Origin: a bacterium
GTDB taxonomy: Bacteria > RBG-13-61-14 > DATKZS01
Direction of reading: 5' to 3'
DNA: 64,000 nucleotides
NCBI GenBank assembly: GCA_963674965.2
Contig: CAXXFL010000007.1
Span: 192,001 to 256,000 of the forward strand
Positions 9,746-18,695 of this stretch are shown here, one piece after another. Numbering within the stretch: the first letter of the stretch is position 1; each line of letters starts with the position of its first letter. The notes below the pieces were generated by a model that had not been told where the DNA came from, did not search any database, and saw nothing but the letters and a program-made list of their open reading frames with translations. The position numbers and the translations under genes were made by a program.

Positions 9746-9778
9746 GCCCCAGCCGATCCAATGGAATTCGGCTGGGGC
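9746..9778. terminator. GC-rich hairpin between convergent genes, probable terminator
   Basis: GCCCCAGCCGA (9746-9756) / TCGGCTGGGGC (9768-9778) form a perfect 11-bp stem in an AT-rich context; the U-tract is weak. Confidence 0.55.
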
Positions 9779-9788
9779 TAAATTTTAA

Positions 9789-10775
9789 TTATTGTACTTG
9801 GACGCTCGCTTTCTCAAGTATCGCTCTTGCTTCTTTTACCATCCTGTCGATAAGAATTTTTACCGGTACCAAGTCATGAACCAGTCCTATGGACTGTCCC
9901 ACGTTAATTGATCCAGCGTTGACGTCGCCGTGTTTCCAAATCTTTGGTGACAGGCTGCCGGCCAACAGCGGAAAGATATCCTTCGTGTTTCCATTTCCAT
10001 TTTCTATCTCGATAATTTTTTTAATGGTCTCGTTTTTAATCGCTCTTCCTTGGAGACCGATGGAATTTCCGTAAAGGACGGTTTCATACTCTTGGCGTCG
10101 AATGATCTCTTCTTGAATATTGGGATGGACTTCGCATTCATCGGTGCAGATAAACCTGGTAGCCATCATGACCCCATCCGCTCCCAGGCATAAAGCCGAG
10201 GCCAGCCCTCTTCCGTCGGCTATGCCGCCGGTAGTGACGATAGGTATGGAAACCGATTCGGCGATCCTTGGCGTCAGGATCGAGGTGGCCACGTTGTCGT
10301 TCAATGGATGTCCTCCCTCCTCGACTCCGGCCGCCAGCACCGCGTCGTAGCCTACTTTTTCGCAGTGCAGAGCGTGTCTTACGGATCCCAGTTTATGTAT
10401 CATCTTCACGCCTGCGATTTTTAGTTTATCGATATAGGTCCCCTTCAAGAACCGGTCGAGAGGACTTCCCGCTATCTCGACGGCGGCTACTTTTTCCTCG
10501 ATGCAGACGTCGAAGATTTCCATGTATCTTTTTTCGCTGATCCTGAAATGTGGGAGCATGGTAACGTTCATCCAGAAGGGCTTATCGGTCATTGACCTTA
10601 CTTCCTTTATGGCCTCGCGGATTTTGTCCTTGTTGGCGTAATTGGCCGCCGTAAGGTTCCCAAGTCCTCCGGCCTCGGATATGGCGGCGCAAAGCCTGGG
10701 CTTTGCCAGGACCATCATTCCTCCGCAAAGTATGGGATACTCGATTCCGAGCATTTTTGTGATTCTCGTTTGCAT
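9789..10775 (-). CDS. Nitronate monooxygenase / enoyl-ACP reductase II (FabK-like) flavoprotein
   Basis: LGIEYPILCGGM, AAISEAGGLG, GVEEGGH, TGGIADGRGLASALCLGADGVMMATRF, GQSIGLVHD; 328 aa. Confidence 0.85.
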   Translation of the reverse strand: MQTRITKMLGIEYPILCGGMMVLAKPRLCAAISEAGGLGNLTAANYANKDKIREAIKEVRSMTDKPFWMNVTMLPHFRISEKRYMEIFDVCIEEKVAAVEIAGSPLDRFLKGTYIDKLKIAGVKMIHKLGSVRHALHCEKVGYDAVLAAGVEEGGHPLNDNVATSILTPRIAESVSIPIVTTGGIADGRGLASALCLGADGVMMATRFICTDECEVHPNIQEEIIRRQEYETVLYGNSIGLQGRAIKNETIKKIIEIENGNGNTKDIFPLLAGSLSPKIWKHGDVNAGSINVGQSIGLVHDLVPVKILIDRMVKEARAILEKASVQVQ

Positions 10776-10879
10776 GTGTTCGGTCTCCTTTCGGTGGATA
10801 TTTTTTCCGAATCTTTCAATACGATCATATCAAAGTGGCGGCCTTGTTCCAAGGTATCATAACAATCGTTATCTGCCAC

Positions 10880-10908
10880 TTGCACGCGGACGATGGACAT
10901 GGTAGCTT
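10880..10908 (+). promoter_or_regulatory. Putative sigma70-type promoter for the thioesterase gene
   Basis: TTGCAC-N17-TAGCTT with an extended -10 TG. Confidence 0.35.
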
Positions 10909-10979
10909 TCGATAAACAATTTCGCGCCCGTCGGCGACGTTCTTCGCTTCGCGGCGCCTCAAATCCAGGAGGACCGAAA

Positions 10980-11432
10980 ATGACCGAGACCAATCCCATG
11001 ATCAACGCTTTCAAGAACGGCATCGCCTTTTCGAAGCGGGCCGGCATCGACTCGACCCGCATGGACAAGGAAAGCATAGACCTTGTAATGCCTCTCCAGC
11101 CCAACGTCAATCACATCGGCACCATGTACGCCGGGGCCCTTTTCACTCTTGGCGAGATGATGGGCGGTGCGGTGGCTCTGGTATATTTCATGGAGCATCG
11201 CCTGATTCCCATCGTCAAGTCGCTTAACATCAAGTTCCTCAAGCCGGCCAAGTCCGACGTTACGACGAGCTACTCGATGACCGAGGATGAGGTCAAGCGC
11301 ATCATCGAGGAGTGCAAGGAGAAGGGCAAAGCTGAGTACGCCATCACCCTCGAGCTTAAGGACAAGGACGGAGTCGTGGTTTCGGTAACGGAGGGTCTTT
11401 ACCAGGTTCGTGGATCGTGGGCGAAGAAATAA
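10980..11432 (+). CDS. Hotdog-fold thioesterase (PaaI/DUF4442/YiiD-C-like)
   Basis: PNVNHIGTMYAGALFTLGE and SLNIKFLKPAKSDV motifs; GGAGG SD upstream of ATG 10980. Confidence 0.8.
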   Translation: MTETNPMINAFKNGIAFSKRAGIDSTRMDKESIDLVMPLQPNVNHIGTMYAGALFTLGEMMGGAVALVYFMEHRLIPIVKSLNIKFLKPAKSDVTTSYSMTEDEVKRIIEECKEKGKAEYAITLELKDKDGVVVSVTEGLYQVRGSWAKK

Positions 11433-11516
11433 TCGATTTCTCGAGGCGATTAGTAATGATGGGGCCGAGGGATATACGCGGCGCCTCGGACCCCTGATTG
11501 GCGAAGGGCCTTAGTT

Positions 11517-12542
11517 ATGCCTATACCTGGCAACCTTCTGACCACGGCCATGGCGGTAATGCCCCACCGGGACGTCGAGCGCGCCCTCGAGGTGGCCCTC
11601 TCTTTGGACGTTCCCTTCTGGCCCCAGCTTCCCCGCTACGACTATTATGAGGATATGTACGTTCAGGCCTCGGAGCATTTTCCAGGAATCGTGCTTGACG
11701 TTCCAAATCGGAGCCTTTCCTTTGACCTCGATAAATTTTTCTCTGAATATGAGGAAGCGCTGTCTCGCTACGACGACCCGGAGTACTTTGACGTCAGCGA
11801 GACCTACTCCGTCGTTTACCATCGTTTCCTTTCACTCGACCTTTCGGGCCGACCCGCTATAAGGGGGCAGTTGGAGGGGCCAATCAGCTTCGGCTTTAAC
11901 GTGCGGGACCAGGATGACCGGCCCATATTATTCAATGACGTCGTACGTCCGGTCCTGTTCGAGATCATGGCCAAGCGGATCAACGTCCAGCTTGACAAGC
12001 TGAAGAAGATGAACGAGAACGCGTTCATGTACGTGGACGAGCCCGGCCTTCAGTTTTTATGGAGCGCCATGTCCGGCTATAACGACTCTCGAGCGAGGGA
12101 AGACCTCGAGTCGTTTTTCGCGAGCGTCGACCGCCCCCGCGGCGTTCATCTTTGCGGCAACCCGGACTGGGACTTCCTTCTGGGCCTAGACCTGGATATC
12201 CTCTCTCTTGACGTCTACTCGAACGGCGAGGTTTTTTCCACCTACTCGAAATCGATAAAAAGATTTCTCGACCGCGGCGGGGTCCTGAGCTGGGGCATCA
12301 CGCCCACGAACTTCGATCCTTTCCAGGCCGAGACCACCGCTTCCCTCGAGGGGCGGCTGAAGTCGATATGGGACCGCTTGTCCAGGAGCGGGGTTGACCT
12401 CGAGTTCATGCTTTCCCGTAGCCTCATTTCTCCCGCCACCTGCTGCCTCGTCAACCCGGACGGTGAAAGGACGGTCGAGTCGGCCTTTCAGGCGGTCAAG
12501 GAACTTTCGCAGAGGCTTCGGGAATCCTTCGGCCTGGGTTAA
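11517..12542 (+). CDS. Core (single-barrel) cobalamin-independent methionine synthase-like protein, MesB/MesC type
   Basis: 341 aa; PFWPQLP, GQLEGPISF, YVDEPGL, Zn-ligand-like HLC and PATCCL, and LSWGITPT, as in the MetE C-terminal catalytic barrel. No N-terminal folate-binding half. Confidence 0.7.
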   Translation: MPIPGNLLTTAMAVMPHRDVERALEVALSLDVPFWPQLPRYDYYEDMYVQASEHFPGIVLDVPNRSLSFDLDKFFSEYEEALSRYDDPEYFDVSETYSVVYHRFLSLDLSGRPAIRGQLEGPISFGFNVRDQDDRPILFNDVVRPVLFEIMAKRINVQLDKLKKMNENAFMYVDEPGLQFLWSAMSGYNDSRAREDLESFFASVDRPRGVHLCGNPDWDFLLGLDLDILSLDVYSNGEVFSTYSKSIKRFLDRGGVLSWGITPTNFDPFQAETTASLEGRLKSIWDRLSRSGVDLEFMLSRSLISPATCCLVNPDGERTVESAFQAVKELSQRLRESFGLG

Positions 12543-12552
12543 GGCCTTCTTC

Positions 12553-12581
12553 TTACATCACGGCCATTGGTCTGGTATACT
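12553..12581 (+). promoter_or_regulatory. Putative sigma70-type promoter
   Basis: TTACAT-N17-TATACT with an extended -10 TG; GGAGG SD before ATG 12614. Confidence 0.45.
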
Positions 12582-12613
12582 TCATTCAAGAAACTTATCG
12601 ACTTGGAGGATCA

Positions 12614-13267
12614 ATGGAAGACGTTATCAAGGGCGCGTTTATCCAGCGCGACAAGGAGACATACGCGCTGGTACCCAGGATGCCGATGGGCCTTATCACG
12701 CCGGAGATTCTGGAGAACATGGCGCGGGTGGTGAAGAAGCATAACATACCGATAGTCAAAATCACCTCGGGACAGCGGATAGCGCTGGTGGGAATCAAGC
12801 CCGAGGACGTCGAGCGGGTGTGGACGGACCTTGGAGTCGCGGTTGGCCAGGCGGTTGAGCTTTGCGTGCATTACGTTCAGGCCTGTCCGGGCACGGCGGT
12901 TTGCAGGTTCGGGGTGCAGGACTCCCTGGGGCTTGGCGGAAGAATCGAGTCGGCCTTCGTTGGCCGCGAACTTCCGGGCAAGGCCAAGTTCGGTATCTCC
13001 GGCTGCGTTCGGAACTGCGCGGAGGGCTACGTCCGTGACTTCGGGGCCTTCGGCAAGAAGGGCGGCTGGACGGTAATATTCGGCGGCAACTCGGGCGGCA
13101 GACCCCGGATAGGCGACGTGATCGGCGAGGACCTTTCTGATGACGAGGTCTTGTCCCTGGCCGAGAGGTGCTTCGATTATTACGCGAAGAACGCGAAGCC
13201 CAAGGAGCGGACCGCCCGTTTCATCGAGAGGATAGGCGTCGAGGAATTCAAGAAGAACGTCCTGTAA
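12614..13267 (+). CDS. Small nitrite/sulfite reductase ferredoxin-like + siroheme/4Fe-4S domain protein
   Basis: IQRDKETYALVPR, KITSGQRIAL, CPGTAVCRFG...KFGISGCVRNC (Cx5C...Cx3C), FGGNSG, ERTARFIERIG. Confidence 0.8.
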   Translation: MEDVIKGAFIQRDKETYALVPRMPMGLITPEILENMARVVKKHNIPIVKITSGQRIALVGIKPEDVERVWTDLGVAVGQAVELCVHYVQACPGTAVCRFGVQDSLGLGGRIESAFVGRELPGKAKFGISGCVRNCAEGYVRDFGAFGKKGGWTVIFGGNSGGRPRIGDVIGEDLSDDEVLSLAERCFDYYAKNAKPKERTARFIERIGVEEFKKNVL

Positions 13268-13353
13268 AGTCGCCTGGCTCGGCCTCGTCCCGGCCGCTTA
13301 CGGGAGCAATCGGCGGTGACTTCATCGCTTATCTTTACTCCCTGGCTCCTTGT

Positions 13354-16300
13354 TTATTCATCCGTTTTGTAGAACAGGGCCTTAACGTCCTCCATGATAA
13401 AGTAAAGCGCGGGCACGAGGATGAGGGTTATCAGGGTGGCGAAGAGGAGCCCGTAGCCGAGGGACAGGGCCATGGGAATGAGAAAGCGGGCCTGTCTCGA
13501 GGTCTCGAATATCATGGGGGCGAGTCCTCCGAAGGTGGTCAGGGTCGTGAGCATAATGGGCCGGAAGCGCTTGACGCCGGCGTCGAGCAGGGCCTCCTTG
13601 ACTTTCATGTTCTCGCCTCGCCGTCGGTTGGTAAAGTCGACGAACACGAGCGAGTTGTTGACCACCACGCCGGAGAGGGCGACTATTCCTATTACTCCCA
13701 TCATGCTGAGGCTGTAGCCCATGATGAGGTGTCCGATCACGGCCCCCACGATCCCGAAGGGTATGCTTATCATGACTATCATGGGCTGGGCGTAGCTTTT
13801 AAAGGGCACGGCCAGGAGGGCGAAGATGGCGACGAGCACGACGGGAATGGTGCGCCACAGGCTGGTGACGCTTTTCCTTTGCTCCTCCTGCCTTCCCTGA
13901 TAGGAGTAGGTCATGCCCGGGTACTTGCGGGCCAGTTTGGGCAGCACGTCGGCGTCGAGGGTCTCGATAACTCTTCCGGCCTCGGATTGGGGCTTCACGT
14001 CGGCGGTGACGGTCATGGTTCGCCGTCCGTTTCTTCTCGCGATCGTTGTATAGGCCCTTCCCCTTTCGACCTGGACGGCCTCGCGCAGGGGAATTTCTCC
14101 TCCCGCCGGGGTCCTTAGTATAAGGTCCTCCAGGTCTCCCACGCTTTTTCTTTCGGCCTCGGGAAAGCGGAGCCTGACCGTCAACTCGCTCCTTCCCCTT
14201 TGCTGCCGGATGACCTGTATCCCCTCGTAGGCGGCCCTTACCTGCCGGGCCACCTCCCTGGCGGTCAGTCCCAGGCTCCTTCCCTCCGGCTTGATTTTAA
14301 AGCTAAGCTGTTCCTTTCCATACTGGAAGCCGTCGTCCACGTCCTCGACCTTGGGGAACTTCTCGAGCTCGGCCGCCAAGTCCACGGCCGCTTCCTCCAG
14401 GGTTTTCACGTTGGAATGGGACAGCTCGATGGTAAGGGCCGAGCCTCCACCCGGCCCGCCCCGGTCCGACTGGAACTTCACGAACTCGGCTTCCTTAATT
14501 CCGCCGATGACCTTTCGCCAGCGCTCGACGAACTCCTGGGTCCCCATGATCTTGTTTCTAATCTCGGGGTCCGCCAGGTAGACCCTGCATTCCAGGTCGT
14601 GGGTCCCAGAGGCGCCGATAAAGGCGAAGACCCCCTCGATAAGCTCTGGATGCCCGGCCTCCTCGGCGACCTTGGCCGCGGCGGACGACATGCGGTTGGC
14701 GAGAGCGGCGGTTTTTTCAATGGGCGATCCGTAAGGCAGGGCTGCCGAGGCGTAGGCGTAGTCGCTCTCGACGCGTGGAAACATCTCGAAGCCCATTCTT
14801 CCTCCGGCGATGTATCCGATGGTGACGGCGAGGATCGAGGTCGAGGCGGCCACCACGACGTAGCGGTGATCCAGGCAAAGGGACAAAAAGGGCGCGTATC
14901 TTTTTCTTACCCACTCGCTGAACCAGTCGCTGAATCTACTTTGCATTGCATGGAAGCGAGAGCCCGCGCCTCCTCCGGGCTTTCCCCTGTAATGGCCGAG
15001 GTGAGCGGGCAACACGAAAAGAGACTCGACCCATGAAATCATGAAGACGGACACGACTACCACGGGCAGCATTCCCATAACTCTGCCCATCATTCCGGAG
15101 AGGGCGTAAATGGGGGCGAAGGCCACCACGTTGGTGAGGATGCTGAAGGACACGGGCATGGCCATTTGCCTGACGCCGATAATAGAGGCCTCGAGTATGG
15201 GCTTTCCCGCCTCCATGTGTCGATAGACGTTCTCGCCCACCACGATGGCGTCGTCGACCACTATTCCCAGCGCCAGAATATAGGCGAACATGGTTATCAT
15301 GTTTATGGAGAGCCCGGTAATCGGCATAAGGAGCAGGGAGCCCAGGAAAGACACGGGTATGCCCATCATGACCCAGAAAGCCAGCCGCAACTCGAGGAAG
15401 GCGCCCAGCAGAAGCAGGACCAGGATGAGTCCCATGGCCCCGTTTTGCAGGAGGAGTTCGGCCCTTTGCCGGTAGATATCGGCCCTGTTATGCCTGATCG
15501 ACAGCTCGATCCCCTCGGGAAGGATGGACCTTATTTCCGGCAGCTTCGACTTGACGGCCTCCTCGATCTCCACCGGGGTCTGCTCGCCCACCCTAAAGAC
15601 CTCGATCATAACCGCGGGCTTCCCGTTGAAGGTGGCGAAATGCTCGGCCTCCTCGAGCCCGTCGCTTACCTCGGCCAGGTCCTCCACCAGGACCTCGGAC
15701 CCGTCGGCGCCGGTGATAAGGGGAACGCGGGCGAACTCGCGGCCGTAGTCCCGCCGCTCGGTCACTCGCACCAGCACCTCGCCGCTGTCGGTCTTGATCC
15801 CGCCTCCAGGCAGCTCGACGGCGGCGTTCTTAATCTCTTGCGCGATCCGCTCGAGGGTCAGTCCATAGGCTCGGAGCTTGGCCTGGGGGACCTCGATGGA
15901 CACCTCGGGATTTCGCGTGCCCTCGATATCAACCTGCGAAATCCTCTCGTCCTCGAGGAATCGGTCCCTTACTCTCTCGGCCAGGATTTTCAGCGCCCAG
16001 TCCTCGGCGTCCCCGTAAAGGGCCAACTCGATCACCTCGCGCCGCCTGACCGTGAGAGACACCTCCGGTTCCTCGGACTCCTCCGGGAAGGTGACTATCC
16101 TGTCGACCTCGCTTTTAACGTCCTGGTAAACCTGGATGGCGTCTACCCCATCGAGCAGGTCGGCCGTGATCACGGCGCCGCCCTCCCTCGATCTCGAGGT
16201 TAAAACGTCAATGCCGGGCTGGCCCTGAAGGGACTCCTCGATGGCCAGGACGATACCCTGCTCGACCTCCTCGGGGCTGGCCCCGGGATAGGCGACCACC

Positions 16301-16467
16301 ACCTGCACCTGGTTCTGTTGGACGTCGGGGAACACCTCTTGAGTGATGCTCCGGAAGGTCAGAATCCCCCCCACCAGGAAAAAAAGCATAAGAAGGTTGG
16401 CGGCGACGGAGTTCCGCGCCATCCAGGCGAGAGGACCGCGGCCGGCCCCCGGCAAACTCTCGTTCAC
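13354..16467 (-). CDS. RND efflux transporter permease (AcrB/AcrD/AcrF family)
   Basis: 1037 aa; AYPGASPEEVE, LGIVVDDAIVVGEN, RFRPIMLTTLTT; multiple TM segments and two large periplasmic loops. Confidence 0.92.
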   Translation of the reverse strand: MNESLPGAGRGPLAWMARNSVAANLLMLFFLVGGILTFRSITQEVFPDVQQNQVQVVVAYPGASPEEVEQGIVLAIEESLQGQPGIDVLTSRSREGGAVITADLLDGVDAIQVYQDVKSEVDRIVTFPEESEEPEVSLTVRRREVIELALYGDAEDWALKILAERVRDRFLEDERISQVDIEGTRNPEVSIEVPQAKLRAYGLTLERIAQEIKNAAVELPGGGIKTDSGEVLVRVTERRDYGREFARVPLITGADGSEVLVEDLAEVSDGLEEAEHFATFNGKPAVMIEVFRVGEQTPVEIEEAVKSKLPEIRSILPEGIELSIRHNRADIYRQRAELLLQNGAMGLILVLLLLGAFLELRLAFWVMMGIPVSFLGSLLLMPITGLSINMITMFAYILALGIVVDDAIVVGENVYRHMEAGKPILEASIIGVRQMAMPVSFSILTNVVAFAPIYALSGMMGRVMGMLPVVVVSVFMISWVESLFVLPAHLGHYRGKPGGGAGSRFHAMQSRFSDWFSEWVRKRYAPFLSLCLDHRYVVVAASTSILAVTIGYIAGGRMGFEMFPRVESDYAYASAALPYGSPIEKTAALANRMSSAAAKVAEEAGHPELIEGVFAFIGASGTHDLECRVYLADPEIRNKIMGTQEFVERWRKVIGGIKEAEFVKFQSDRGGPGGGSALTIELSHSNVKTLEEAAVDLAAELEKFPKVEDVDDGFQYGKEQLSFKIKPEGRSLGLTAREVARQVRAAYEGIQVIRQQRGRSELTVRLRFPEAERKSVGDLEDLILRTPAGGEIPLREAVQVERGRAYTTIARRNGRRTMTVTADVKPQSEAGRVIETLDADVLPKLARKYPGMTYSYQGRQEEQRKSVTSLWRTIPVVLVAIFALLAVPFKSYAQPMIVMISIPFGIVGAVIGHLIMGYSLSMMGVIGIVALSGVVVNNSLVFVDFTNRRRGENMKVKEALLDAGVKRFRPIMLTTLTTFGGLAPMIFETSRQARFLIPMALSLGYGLLFATLITLILVPALYFIMEDVKALFYKTDE

Positions 16468-16511
16468 GACGAGCGCTCCCGGTCAAGAAAGATGAAGAAC
16501 GTCATGGCGGG

Positions 16512-17723
16512 TTATTCTTCCTCCGCCGTCAAGGTCATGCCCTCGACCGGCGCCCCAAGGAAGGATATTACCAGCCTTGCGCCCTCCTCGAACTCGTTGG
16601 CCACGAAGACCTCCTCGGCCGTGCTCCATATGACCTTGGCCTGGACTACCAGAAGACGGCTATCGCGGTCCAGGAGCCAAAGCCTTGCACCGTCACGAAG
16701 AAAAGAGCGGGAAACCCGGATTACGTTATCCTCCGTCTTGCCCAGCAGCGTGACGCGGACAAAATCGCCGAGAAGCATTGGCCGTCCCGCGCCTTCCCCG
16801 GACGAGATTCCCAGGGGGTCTTGGACCTCGACGACTACTCGGGCCATCCTTCCGGCCGGGTCCAACTCGGGCTCGAGCTTAATGAGCCTTCCCTCAATTT
16901 TATCGCCGGATGAGATTTCGATCTCGGCTTTCGAGCCGTTTGGATTCTTTTCCGATGGGAAGGAAAGCCATTTGAGTTGGTCCACTCGAACGGAGGCCCT
17001 TACCAGGAAAGCGTCCGTCGAGATCAGCCGGGCCAGGGTGACGCCGGGAGCGGCCCGATCGCCCACGTCCACGTCGGCCTCGGCCACCACGGCGTTGAAG
17101 GGCGCTCGGACGCTCGAGCGCTCGAGGTCCAGTTCGGCCTCGGAAACGGCGGCGCGGGCGGACTCGACGGCGGCGCGGGCGGACTCGAGCTGCGGCTTTC
17201 TAAGCCCCAGGTCCGGGTCGACGTCCGCTCCATCCTCATCCGGGTGGAATATCCGCCACTCGGCGGCGGCCACGGTTTGTTTTCCCCTCTCGAGCTTCAG
17301 GGCGCTTTGGGCCTCCTGGAGGCCGGTCCTGCTCCTGGTAAGGGCCAGCCTGAACTCCCTGTCGTCGAGTTTGACCAGGACTTCGCCCTCCTTAACCAGG
17401 CCGCCCTCGATCATCTCGGCGTGGACCCACTTGACGCGGCCGCTGACCTCGGATTGGAGTTCGGCCTCATCGGCCGCGTCCACGGTCCCCATCGCCTCGA
17501 TCCTGACCTGCACGCTCTCGGGCCTTAGCTCCGCCACGTCGACAATTGGGGTGACCTTGGCGCGCTCGCGCGGCTTGGCCGTCGGCCGGGTCGAGGCGAA
17601 CCAGACCGCCAGACTAAGTCCAACGGCCAGGAATATGGCCGAGGTCATCAGCGAGGGCAGTCGTCTTCTCCACTTGCCCTCTTCTTTTCGCGAGTTCGAC
17701 TCGTTATTCATTTCATTTACCAT
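16512..17723 (-). CDS. RND periplasmic adaptor (membrane fusion protein)
   Basis: N-terminal TM, EVSGRVKWV, coiled coil, VRAPFNAVV; directly upstream of the RND permease. Start may be a few codons downstream. Confidence 0.88.
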   Translation of the reverse strand: MVNEMNNESNSRKEEGKWRRRLPSLMTSAIFLAVGLSLAVWFASTRPTAKPRERAKVTPIVDVAELRPESVQVRIEAMGTVDAADEAELQSEVSGRVKWVHAEMIEGGLVKEGEVLVKLDDREFRLALTRSRTGLQEAQSALKLERGKQTVAAAEWRIFHPDEDGADVDPDLGLRKPQLESARAAVESARAAVSEAELDLERSSVRAPFNAVVAEADVDVGDRAAPGVTLARLISTDAFLVRASVRVDQLKWLSFPSEKNPNGSKAEIEISSGDKIEGRLIKLEPELDPAGRMARVVVEVQDPLGISSGEGAGRPMLLGDFVRVTLLGKTEDNVIRVSRSFLRDGARLWLLDRDSRLLVVQAKVIWSTAEEVFVANEFEEGARLVISFLGAPVEGMTLTAEEE

Positions 17724-17783
17724 CCAGAGCCAAAGGGCTTAGCCGGCGACGGAAGTCTTTCCAGCCAAGCCTCGCCGATAGGT

Positions 17784-17792
17784 ATTATAGCA
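17784..17792 (-). promoter_or_regulatory. Putative extended -10 promoter for the RND operon
   Basis: TGcTATAAT on the minus strand about 60 bp upstream of the adaptor gene. Confidence 0.4.
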
Positions 17793-17883
17793 GACAATGC
17801 CGACGCAAAAAGACCGGGATGGAAAATATCGCCGCCTTGGGTCAAAATAAATTCCGCGCGGGGTTGTCCCGAATATCCGCCGT

Positions 17884-17912
17884 TTGTCGAGAGGTTCGGC
17901 GCGTTTTATAAT
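17884..17912 (+). promoter_or_regulatory. sigma70-type promoter for thiD (probably leaderless)
   Basis: TTGTCG-N17-TATAAT ending 6 nt before ATG 17919; no SD. Confidence 0.55.
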
Positions 17913-17918
17913 CCGTTC

Positions 17919-18695
17919 ATGGCCCTTAACGTATTGACTATCGCGGCCTCGGACCCCTCGGGCGGGGCGGGGATCGAGGCGGACGTGAAAGTCGCCTGCG
18001 CCTTTCGCGTCAACGCCCTCACGGCCATCACCGCGCTTACGGCGCAGGATACCTCGGGAGTGAAGGGCGTGGTCCCGACCGACCCCGGACACTTTAATCG
18101 AACGCTGGGGCTTTTGGCCGATGACCAACCCATCGCGGCGATCAAGATCGGCGCCATGGCCACGAGTCGAAACCTCGAGTCCATCCGGGACTTCCTTCTT
18201 GGCCTCGATCCCAGGCCGCCGGCGGTGCTCGATCCGGTCTTCAAGTCCACGGGAGGATTCATTCTTTGTCCTCCCAACGCCGCCGAGATGGTGGTCCGTG
18301 AACTCCTGCTTCTCGTTGCACTGATAACTCCCAACGCCGTCGAGGCCGCGGCGCTCACCGGGATAGAGGTTAAAAACCGGGACGACGCCGAGAGGGCCGC
18401 GCGAAAACTTGTCGATTCAGGCGCCAGGGCCGCGCTGGTCAAGGGCGGGCATCTGGAGGGAAGGATCGTGGACGTCCTTTGTTGGGGCGACAAGACTAGA
18501 ACTTGGGAAGGCGAGCGGGCGCCGGGAGAATATCACGGCACGGGCTGCGCTCTTTCCATGGCCATAGCCTGCGGGTTGGCCCGGGGCATGGAAATACCGG
18601 AGGCCGTGGGCGAGGCCAGAGGGTTCCTCCTCGGCTGCATGAAAAGAGCAAGCCGGGGAAAAGGCGAGGCCTATATCCTGGACTTTCTTCCCTGA
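17919..18695 (+). CDS. thiD: Hydroxymethylpyrimidine/phosphomethylpyrimidine kinase
   Basis: LTIAASDPSGGAGIEAD, ITALTAQDT, VLDPV, ITPNAVEA, LVKGGH, HGTGCALS. Confidence 0.88.
   Translation: MALNVLTIAASDPSGGAGIEADVKVACAFRVNALTAITALTAQDTSGVKGVVPTDPGHFNRTLGLLADDQPIAAIKIGAMATSRNLESIRDFLLGLDPRPPAVLDPVFKSTGGFILCPPNAAEMVVRELLLLVALITPNAVEAAALTGIEVKNRDDAERAARKLVDSGARAALVKGGHLEGRIVDVLCWGDKTRTWEGERAPGEYHGTGCALSMAIACGLARGMEIPEAVGEARGFLLGCMKRASRGKGEAYILDFLP

Noticed and set aside
13354-17723. RND + MFP without a TolC-like channel
   Set aside because: A common arrangement; the outer-membrane factor is often encoded elsewhere.
13168-17742. Plus-strand ORFs of 278-474 aa opposite the RND genes
   Set aside because: Antisense shadows of clearly conserved RND/MFP genes, with no recognisable motifs.
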